A DNA stretch of 64,000 bases from an uncultured Nitrososphaerales archaeon (GTDB lineage: Archaea > Thermoproteota > Nitrososphaeria > Nitrososphaerales > Nitrososphaeraceae). A program made the position numbers and the translations under genes. Shown one piece after another: positions 54,857 through 64,000 of the stretch. The notes beneath the pieces were generated by a model. It did not search any database, was not told where the DNA came from, and saw only the letters and a program-made list of their open reading frames with translations. Positions within the stretch are counted from its first letter, which is position 1. Every line of letters starts with the position of its first letter. The stretch lies in the NCBI GenBank assembly GCA_963695855.1, contig CAVOHZ010000008.1:352001-416000 (forward strand), given 5' to 3'.

Positions 54857-56377
54857 ATATTATTAATCCGTCATTTTTAAAATGTCAAGTTCTATCATAA
54901 TTTTTGTATTTTCATAGAGATCGTCTATTGGAGTATAATATTTGTGAAAACTTATTAGTAAACTGATTAGCACAAAATATAACTCACTATGCGTTCAACT
55001 GCAAAACAAGAACATCCCTAGTTTGATGATGAAAGTAATTTTACCTATATTTATGATAATTAGTAACATATACTGTAATTAAAAGTGGAATTTAAGTCTA
55101 GTTTTGTAATTAGCATTAATGTTTATTCTTGTTTAATGGAACTAGTCAATTTGTACTTGATCTAGTTTGAAACTACTAGAAAAAATTGGTTTTATTCCTG
55201 TCATCAGAAATTGACAATATAAAAAAATGACTGTTTAGCTGGAAATGTTTTTCAAGAATTATGATTTACTGCTTTTGTAGTAAATAACTGTATGACAGAG
55301 CGACACCAAGGATAGTAATACTTTCGGTCATACATGAATCTGCATTATCCAACTGGTTTTCTCCAAGAAAAAGGAGATAAATGAATTCATCATCACAATT
55401 GCATTATTTTTGTCGTCGTAGTTGTCGTCGTTTGTATCCAAAACAATATGTTTTATCGCCGTTTTTAAAAAATATCATGTCAATCGATCAATCAAAACTG
55501 AAGAAAAAAGCAGTTCTGACTTATCACATTTTATCTCAAATTTTAATAAGAATTCCTCGCTACCTATTATAATCATCACTTTTTCTTAAAAAAATGATGA
55601 TTTGCAAATATCTGCTCTACTCTCTAGAATGACAAAATACTTTCAAATACCGTAAAAATACTGTGTTTCATTTAGTTTGACTTTTTAACTAAATAATAAA
55701 TTTAAATTTTACTATATTCATTGAGTAGAAGTTAGCTTTATTCATGTTTTAGTCAATAACTATAGGATCAAAATTTGTTTGTTTATGTATTTTCAAAAAG
55801 AAAGATCAAAAATTAAGTTCAACCAGATTATCGTAGAATCATATATTAAGCAAGACAGCATATATGGCAAAATTATCTATTTTATATGAATATACAGCAA
55901 AATAAGAGTTTTCTAACTTTTTTTGCTAATTTGATGACAAAATAAAACAAATTAAACCAAATACAAGAAAATCAAGACTGTGCTAGTATAAAAAGTTTGA
56001 TTATCTCAAATCATAATTTTTTTGTAACAAATATCTTTATTTTGCAGGATTCTAGAAGAAGTGTAGAGTATACAAATATGATATTAAAATAATTATTGTT
56101 TAAATTTCTATTAAATAGACTGTCATTGCTTTTAATATGTAAACGGACTTTTTAGCAGTTTTTTTTGAGAATATGAGGTTTATATTTGAAGTACCACGAG
56201 TTGCCCTATTTGATATCTATATTATAAGTACAAAACTAACAGAATAATTCGACTAATGAAATTCAAATATATGTTAGATTTTGAATTGCATTATAATAGT
56301 AGTATTCATTCACTGACTTATGACCCGGCCCAAAGTAAGTACATAATTAATATGTCGTTTGTTAGGGTTAATAAAAG

Positions 56378-57187
56378 ATGGAAGAATTAAAAAATATCCC
56401 AGAAGAGGGCGATATAGTTTTTGCTAACGTTAAACAAGTTACTAACCATGGTGCCTATGTTTCCTTAGAAGAATACGGCAATATGACCGGATTTTTACAT
56501 ATTTCTGAGATCGCAACAGGATGGATTAGAAATATCGAAAGATACGTTAGACCTAACCAAAAGATCGTTTTAAAGGTAATTCGAGTAAACAAGACAAGAT
56601 CTGAAGTTGACTTGTCCCTAAAACAAGTTTCGGGGGAGGAAAAGAAGTCCAAGATTATTGAAGTGAAGAAAAATGAGAAAGCAAATGCTTTCATGAAAAT
56701 AATCCAAGATAAGGCCAATCTATCAGAGGAGCAAATAAGACAAATTGAAGACAAAATATTGACTAAATACGATTATGTTTACGACCTTTTTGAAACAGTC
56801 GCAAAAAAAGGAATAGAAATACTTACACCATTTGAATTATCTGAAGAAATTATTAAAACGATCGAGGAAGAAAGCAATAAAATCTCCATCCCGCACGTTG
56901 AAATTAGAGGTATAGTAGAAATTTCCTCTCAGAAACCGAACGGAGTGGAAATCGTCAAATCGATCTTGAGTAGCGTGGAAACTACTAAAGGAAGTGTCAA
57001 GATATTGATCAGTTATATTGCTGCCCCAAAGTATAGACTTGTTGTAGCTGCGGATAATTTCAAGTTGGCTGAAAAAGCTCTTAATACCTGTATAGAAAAA
57101 ATAAAATCAGCTGTGGAAATTGATGACGGTCACTTTAATTTTACTAGACAAGAGTCTAAAAAAACTCAACAACAATTAATACATTAA
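56378..57187 (+). CDS. eif2a: Translation initiation factor 2 alpha subunit
   Basis: S1 domain PEEGDIV..GAYVSLEEY..LHISE..VDLSLK; AAPKYRL. Confidence 0.95.
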   Translation: MEELKNIPEEGDIVFANVKQVTNHGAYVSLEEYGNMTGFLHISEIATGWIRNIERYVRPNQKIVLKVIRVNKTRSEVDLSLKQVSGEEKKSKIIEVKKNEKANAFMKIIQDKANLSEEQIRQIEDKILTKYDYVYDLFETVAKKGIEILTPFELSEEIIKTIEEESNKISIPHVEIRGIVEISSQKPNGVEIVKSILSSVETTKGSVKILISYIAAPKYRLVVAADNFKLAEKALNTCIEKIKSAVEIDDGHFNFTRQESKKTQQQLIH

Positions 57188-57188
57188 G

Positions 57189-57350
57189 ATGAAACATATT
57201 CTTAGGAAATGTATAGCGTGTAATCGTTATTCTCTAAAAATTCAATGTCCTTTATGCTCAAATCCTACAATTGATCCAAATCCACCAAAGTTCTCTCCAG
57301 ATGATAAATATTTAAAATACAGAGTTTCATCTTATCATTCAGAAAATTGA
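57189..57350 (+). CDS. nop10: H/ACA RNP protein Nop10
   Basis: MKHILRKCIACNRYSLKIQCPLC...PPKFSPDDKYLKYR; conserved position after aIF2-alpha; too short for the ORF track. Confidence 0.93.
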   Translation: MKHILRKCIACNRYSLKIQCPLCSNPTIDPNPPKFSPDDKYLKYRVSSYHSEN

Positions 57351-57557
57351 TTCTATCTAAACCTTGATTTTCTTATTTTTTTTAATAAACTATCAATGTT
57401 TTCTTGACAAATTATTAGAAGTAATAATGGATAAATATTTTCCAATTTATTTTTAATGTTTGTTTGGTAGGTTTGTTTGCAAATTCACTGTAAATTCTAA
57501 CTTTTAAGCGAATAATTTTTAAACTAACTCAAAAAAAAGGATTGGATGTATTTTATT

Positions 57558-58391
57558 TTATTTTCCGATGCATATACCACTTGGGTTAGATGTCATACAA
57601 TTGTTTTGATCGTATTGGTTGTTATTAGTGTTGACTGGTAAGCCATTAGCATTGTTTACATCGATGGTGTTCATTAGGACGTTGTTAAAGAATACGAAGT
57701 TATCGTTACTTTGATTATCTACGTAGATTCCATTTTGTGATTCCGTTATAGAATTCAATGATATGCGCGCATTATCTGAGTTCACTAATGTTATTCCTGC
57801 TAAATCATTGTTGAACACGATGTTGTTAGCAATTTCGCTTTGTTGCGTAGAGTGTCCTGCAAAACCTATTTGGTTATTCATTATTGTTGACAGTTTTGTT
57901 TTAATTACTGAGGCACCAGTACTGAATATTCCTATTTGATTGTCCTTTGAAGTTATTTCAGATATTTCGAGATTCTGACATCCTGTACATAACACACCTG
58001 CTTGGAATCCTTGGATTGTACCATCTGCAATCTGTACATTGTTGTGATTAGGAACCATAATACCGACTTTACTAGAATCCTTTACTGCTGGTGTTGTTGC
58101 ATCCTCTGGTGTTACGTCTGGTCCTGTAATTGTATGTCCATTAAGGTCTATTTTAATAGAATCAGCTCCTACTATAATACCATCGGTTTCAGTACAAATC
58201 AAGTTTGATGTTAAAACTACATTTGTTGTAACTACCTGACCACATGAAGGACTTGTTGCTAAGGGTGCTGTTTGTTGTGGGGTAACTGATTGGGTCTGAG
58301 CACTCAAAGGTATTGGCTGCATTGTTATTCCTGCTACTGCAGAAAAAGAGACTATCGCTGCCAACATATATGCCATTAGTGTTCTATTCAT
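57558..58391 (-). CDS. Secreted parallel beta-helix (NosD/CASH-like) protein
   Basis: Signal peptide; CGQ, IDLNGHTITG and repeated N..GI motifs. Confidence 0.85.
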   Translation of the reverse strand: MNRTLMAYMLAAIVSFSAVAGITMQPIPLSAQTQSVTPQQTAPLATSPSCGQVVTTNVVLTSNLICTETDGIIVGADSIKIDLNGHTITGPDVTPEDATTPAVKDSSKVGIMVPNHNNVQIADGTIQGFQAGVLCTGCQNLEISEITSKDNQIGIFSTGASVIKTKLSTIMNNQIGFAGHSTQQSEIANNIVFNNDLAGITLVNSDNARISLNSITESQNGIYVDNQSNDNFVFFNNVLMNTIDVNNANGLPVNTNNNQYDQNNCMTSNPSGICIGK

Positions 58392-58740
58392 TTAGTAGAT
58401 GGTTTGGTATTGAGATATTTATGTTAATCTATTATTTATATTATAACTAAGTAAGTACGATATTTAATGTAACTATTTATTAGTACAATTGTTACTTATT
58501 ATATAACAAAATTACATTGAGATATGATATATACGTATATATTTACATTTTTAAAATAAAAATTATAATGCATTATTTTTTAGTAAACCATAATAAAAAA
58601 CCTTTAAAGATTGTGAAGTCAATTCTTTTTGATATCTTAGATAATTATCTTGTAGATCAGAATCTGAATATTTTTATTTCCTCTTTAGAACTTAATGCAA
58701 TTCAAAGAATTATAAGCAAAAATAAGGCTACCGATATCAT

Positions 58741-59772
58741 ATGAAAATAGCCATTGCTGGTGCAGGTGTAGCTGGAAGCTATGTGGGGTTCTCATTGCAG
58801 AAAAAAGGACATGATGTTACTATTTTCGAATCATCAAAAAAAGAAAATCATTGGGCAGTATGTGCCTGGGGCGCATCAAAAAACGTTCTCGGAATTTTTT
58901 CAGAGAAAGTTGGGTTAAACTTTGACGACTATATTTTTCATATAGGAAAAAAATTACGTATGGATTTGCCTAATAACAAAACAGAATTTTTAGAACTTGA
59001 TGGACTTGTTACTTACAATAAACAAAAATGGGAACAAGATATTTTAAAAAGAATGAATGTAATATATGATCATAAATGTATACTATCATCTTTTCCTTTA
59101 TCAAGTTATGATTATGTTCTAGACTGTACAGGAATACATCGATCCTTGTTGCCAAAATCTAAAGAAGACTTTATTATACCTGCATATGAATATCTAGTGG
59201 AAAATATCGAGAGCGATGATGAGTTCTATGTTATAGGTTATGAGGGAGCTAGAGGTTACTTTTGGTATTTTCCTCTAGAGAAGGGTAAAGGTTTTGTTGG
59301 AGCCGGAGACATTGATAGAAAATATTATGGAATAAAGGAATTTTTTCAACGTAACCCTTCGGCAAGAATATTGAAAAAGATAGGAAGACCAATTCGTTTG
59401 TCTCCACCAAAACGAATGGAACCTTTTTTTCAAAGCAATGTGATTGGAATAGGTGAATCAATTGGATGTGTTTTTCCAATGTTGGGCGAAGGGATTATTC
59501 CATCGTTGTTTTGTTGCGAAATATTTCTTGATGTTTTTAATAAGGACCCAGTTAAATTCAATTATAATTCCTACAGGCATCTAGTCTTAAAGAAATTTGA
59601 CTACTATGATAGCGTATACAGGATTGTCAGACTAAAAATGGATAATAAATTAAGTACAATTAAACATTTTCATTTAATGATGAAAATGTATAAACATATG
59701 AAAAAGGATGAGAAAAGATTTGGATTCGAGATAAATCTTGATAAAATGAATAAACTAGTCAACGCCCTTTAG
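58741..59772 (+). CDS. FAD-dependent oxidoreductase, geranylgeranyl reductase-like
   Basis: GAGVAG, CAWG, GYFWYFP and GESIGCVFPMLGEGI motifs. Confidence 0.85.
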   Translation: MKIAIAGAGVAGSYVGFSLQKKGHDVTIFESSKKENHWAVCAWGASKNVLGIFSEKVGLNFDDYIFHIGKKLRMDLPNNKTEFLELDGLVTYNKQKWEQDILKRMNVIYDHKCILSSFPLSSYDYVLDCTGIHRSLLPKSKEDFIIPAYEYLVENIESDDEFYVIGYEGARGYFWYFPLEKGKGFVGAGDIDRKYYGIKEFFQRNPSARILKKIGRPIRLSPPKRMEPFFQSNVIGIGESIGCVFPMLGEGIIPSLFCCEIFLDVFNKDPVKFNYNSYRHLVLKKFDYYDSVYRIVRLKMDNKLSTIKHFHLMMKMYKHMKKDEKRFGFEINLDKMNKLVNAL

Positions 59773-59944
59773 GTTCATGCAATTTAGCTTTGCTTAAATT
59801 ATCTTTGAATAAATATACTTTTTATTATTATAGTTTTAAAGTTTTATATTGAATTGGTTACTAATATATTGGTCAATATTAAGTTCTGAAAAGATAGATA
59901 TTTCCAAAAATTTGAACTCTTCCAAGAATATTTCTAATACAGAT

Positions 59945-61022
59945 ACTGGCTAACATAAATTCATAATGTTATCTAATTGTTTTTACTACAACTAATTAAG
60001 CTGGGTAATTTACAGTCTGTTTTATTGTGTCCCTAACCTCTCTTAAACGACGAGTATATAAAAGAAAAAGATCCAAGTGTAAAGGAAGAATCTTGTTCGC
60101 AACAAGTGTTATAAAAGAAGTGTTATAAAAGAAGGAAAAGCGTTTTAGGTGGCAGAAAATGAATTAAACAAGTGAAGATGACGAGCTTGAAAGTGGTTCC
60201 TTAGATTTGATGAAGATGGACCAGGTTGATTGAGAGATTATCCAAGGAGTGGTAAACCTCCATCATTACCAAAGAATGTAATTGAAGATAAAAAAAGAAT
60301 TAGACGAGAGTAACATCAGAATGGATTTCAGACAGCTAATGGATCAAATATCCAAAAAGAACACATATATCGACTATTAAACAATGAGGTTTTAGTCCAA
60401 AAGTACAACAGAAAAATTTGTCAATATTGCATCAAAGAAGAACAAAATGAAATTCAAAAAGGAGTAAAAAGATTCTGAATTTAAAATCGCACTGCACTAT
60501 CCATGTATAGGATGAATTAATATTTCTATAAGATTGTGTGGGTAAAAGAATGAAGAAATGGAATTCCAAAAAATACCTATACTAACGATAACAAGCTCAT
60601 GCAAAATAACAATTATGTTTGGTTATCTATCAATAGATGGTAGGGGCTATTCAAACAATGCGACGAATTCAATAGTATTACATTTATAGATCATCTAAAA
60701 CAGATACAAACAGAAGGATTTAGTAAATTTGTAATGTTTGTTGATAGAGTAACTTCCCACTGCTCTAAAATCATTAGAAAGTTCCTTGATGAAAATAAAC
60801 ATGTTATTAAACTGGATTACTTTCCAGTAGGATCACTGCAGTTTAATGGTGTAGAAGGATGGTGAACGAAAGGAAAATAGAATACACCTCTTCTACTTAT
60901 TATCCTGTATATGATAATAGCAAAATTGCTATTTCTATCTATTACAGAACTAAAAGATTCAATCTGGATATAGCAAAATAATTCCTGACAACTATAGACT
61001 AGCAAATTTATAATGTTTAGTA
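59945..61022 (+). mobile_element. Highly decayed IS630-family element
   Basis: Fragments KEKDP, WFLRFDEDG..LRDYPRSGKP, MFVDRVTSHCSK and YFPVGSLQFNGVE across frames; ends approximate. Confidence 0.75.
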
Positions 61023-61246
61023 TAAGTATTTTCTATGTGCTAAAAAAAGTATGATAGTTTAAACATAAAGATATTAAGGGAGCAAAATATAAATTAAGGC
61101 TAGATTTTATTTTTTTAAATATGTTCAAATAATTGGTATTATAAATAAAAAATTATTACAAATTTATTAGGAAGAAATAAATTTGTATTTTATTTTTTGA
61201 AAACAAAAAATTTTTTAATGCTTTCTTAGAATATTGTATGTAACTA

Positions 61247-62078
61247 TTGACAAATGGAACCCGATATAAAATCTCAACCATAATTCCTGCTAGAAATGAA
61301 GAAAAATTCATTGGTGAGACTCTTTCATCTTTACTTAAACAGGATATAATAGAAAATAGAATCATAGTAGTTAATGATGGGTCTGAAGATAACACCAAAA
61401 AAATTGTTTCAAGCTTCAATCAAGTTGAAATTGTAGATATTAAAAACAGAGGATTTAACGCCCAGGGAACACCAATTCTTGCAAAAGTAATTAATACTGG
61501 ATTAGATAAATTACGAGGCGACACCAGTGAATATGTTATGATTTTGGGAGCAGACCATATTTTGCCTCCCAATTATATATCTATAATACTGAAATACATG
61601 GATAAAGATAATGAATTAGCTATTTGCTCTGGACAAATTAGAAGTGAAAATAGTGTTGTTCCACGGGGGTCGGGAAGAAATAGTACGTCTTGATTTCTGG
61701 AGTAAAATAGGATTACAATATCCGACCAATTATGGTTTTGAAACTTATTTGTTAATAAAAGCTCAACAACTAGGGTACAAAATTCAAATATTAAACAATT
61801 TAATAAGCTCTACTAATAGACCAACTAGAACATCTTATAAAAAAGAAAATTATATTTCCTATGGAAAATCACTTAAAGCCTTAGGATATAGCACATTATA
61901 TTCATTGGCTAGGATAGGTTTGATATCATTAAAAAACCCCAAAGGCGCCTTCTATATGGTTCAAGGTTATGGAAGCAAAGATTTAAACTTGTATGAAGAT
62001 GATTTTAGGGAATTTCTAAAGACATTACAACATAAAAGAATAAAGAGATACCTAAAACTAATGATTAGAAATAATTGA
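61247..62078 (+). pseudogene. GT2 glycosyltransferase, frameshifted near 61680
   Basis: IIPARNEE, VVNDGSED and GAD motifs; frame switches after PRGSGR. Confidence 0.85.
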
Positions 62079-62145
62079 ATGGATCATTTTTCAATATTCA
62101 ATCATGGATATATTTAATATTTTTTAACATTTTAGGGATTTACGT

Positions 62146-62960
62146 ATGAATATATTACATGTGTGGGATCAAGCTGGTGTAGCTTGTATATTATCGAAGT
62201 TCCAAAGAAGGATAGGGGTCATAATATTTCAATATTAAAAAAGGACAGGTTATGATCCATTCAAAATTTTTTCATTTAATGATGAACCATTGATGGATCT
62301 AGATGGTAAGAAATTTATTGATTTTGTTCTTGAGGAATGCACCCAATATGATATAATTCACTTTCATTCCTTATATAAAATTGTGCCTCTAATAGGGAAA
62401 AAAAATAAAAACAAATTTATTATTTTACATTATCATGGGTCAGAATTACATAATGGGGCTTCTAACATGTCTTAAAAAGTAATATTAAGATCTGAGAATA
62501 ATTCAAATCTGATACTTGTTTCTACTCCTGATCTATTAAAATATTCTCCGAGGGCAATTTATTTAAACAATCCAATTGATCGTGAACACTTCAAACCTGT
62601 TAGATATAGAAAGTAATAATATCTATCTTATCATGAAAACAGATAACCTGGATATTGGTTTATTAAAAAATTATTTAAAATCAAATAATCTTGAATTTAT
62701 TTTAAATTCATGATAGAACAGCTAATCCCATTTTCTACAATGACATGCCATATTTTCTTAATAAATTTGATACCTATGTGGATATTCGTTTTATTAATAA
62801 TCGTTTGCTTGAAAATTTGAGGAAAACAGCATTGGAATGTCTTGCTTGAAACCTCAAAGTTTTAACCTATGATTTAAAAATAATTAATAATTTTCCTCAG
62901 ACACATGACGGATATGGAATAACAGCAAAACTTATGTTCATAATAAAATCTAATTCTTAA
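62146..62960 (+). pseudogene. GT-B (GT4-like) glycosyltransferase, multiply disrupted
   Basis: MNILHVWDQAG, DIIHFHS, HYHGSE, VSTPDLL, NPIDREHF and KTALECLA across frames. Confidence 0.75.
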
Positions 62961-63019
62961 GGTATTATTTTATTTACTACACTTTACTCAACGGGAATAT
63001 ATTTATACTTAAATACTGA

Positions 63020-63640
63020 ATGTTAATAAGTTTCTTACAATCCCTTCGACTATTGGAAAGACCGTGGAAAGATATATAAAAAATTTTAGTTACGATAAAT
63101 ATAAAATTTTACAAGAATTTCTTCTAGATCACCTTGACGTCCTCGATAACTTTCATTCTGTATTGGAGTTGGGATGTGGATTTGGTCGAATCACCAAATT
63201 ATTGTTAACTAGGTATTCTGAAATTCAAGAATATTTGGCAGTAGATCTATCTGCCCATCAAATAGAAAATGCGAAAACTTATTTAGATTCAATAATTTTC
63301 TTGCACAAAGGACTTGAATTTCAAGTATCTAATATACAGTCATTTAAATCTGAAAAGAAATATGATTGAGTAATTCTTTCTGAATTATTGATGCATATAT
63401 TACCTTCTGAAATAGAGTCGGTAATAGGAAAATTCGTACCTTTCAAATAAACACATAATCAATATTGATTGGTTCGAGGAAACACTACCACAAAAAATTG
63501 CTCCACATAATTTTATTCATCCTTATGAACTACTGTATAAGAAATATTCTGAGGTGTCATCGGTTCAACGGATTCCTATTAGACGAAAAAAAATATTCGG
63601 ATCCACGATACCAGACAATCAATTTTCCACGTTAGATTAG
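63020..63640 (+). pseudogene. Class I SAM-dependent methyltransferase, disrupted
   Basis: YWKDRG, VLELGCGFGRI, AVDLS; in-frame TGA at 63367 before LLMHI. Confidence 0.8.
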
Positions 63641-63681
63641 ATTAATATATTAAATCTTCTTGCATAAATTATCTTTCCTTT

Positions 63682-64000
63682 TTAATTGTCATCATTATCT
63701 TTTTTTTCATCTTTTTTCCTTTCTTTTCCTTTGGTTATTTTTAGTAACATTTCTCTCATTTCCTTTTTTTCTTGGTCTGTAACTTTACCATCAATTAGAT
63801 CAATTACAAATAACCACATAGTAGCTCCGATTTTATTTTCTTTGAATAATGCCTCAGCTTCTATCTTCCATTGACTTTTTCTATGCCAATAGCCTATTAG
63901 TATTCCTATTGGTACATACAAAGCAACGAACACTATTGCGAATCCAATAATGTTACCCCCTGTAATTACGTCTACAGAAGGAATTTTATCCAACAGTAAT
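63682..64000 (-). CDS. Hypothetical membrane protein (5' end outside window)
   Basis: Frame is open to the window edge; TM helix then IGYWHRKSQWKIE. Confidence 0.7.
   Translation of the reverse strand, partial: LLLDKIPSVDVITGGNIIGFAIVFVALYVPIGILIGYWHRKSQWKIEAEALFKENKIGATMWLFVIDLIDGKVTDQEKKEMREMLLKITKGKERKKDEKKDNDDN

Overview
AT-rich archaeal chromosome segment. Gene content (rps26e, aIF2-alpha/nop10, Cdc48, PINA, tetraether synthase, crotonase-family dehydratase, stand-alone MtrA homologue) points to an ammonia-oxidising Nitrososphaerota member, probably Nitrosocosmicus-like (inference). Core genes occupy about 1-5.4 kb and 35-60 kb. An accessory region at about 5.5-35 kb carries modular secreted proteins, proteases, a metal-binding protein, pseudogenes and a dense IS cluster. 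A decayed IS630 and a decayed glycosyltransferase/methyltransferase cluster lie at 60-63.6 kb. The most striking observation is two divergent IS110-family elements, each with a structured 5' non-coding region resembling a bridge RNA. The loop sequences of each match that element's own insertion flank(s) and co-vary with its 2-bp core (AT vs AC). Other items of note are a GcvH-TusA fusion facing a rhodanese, tRNA-3'-end-like direct repeats, and domain-shuffled Cys/Pro-repeat exoproteins. No CRISPR array, rRNA or full tRNA was seen. All calls are by eye; no searches or folding were run.
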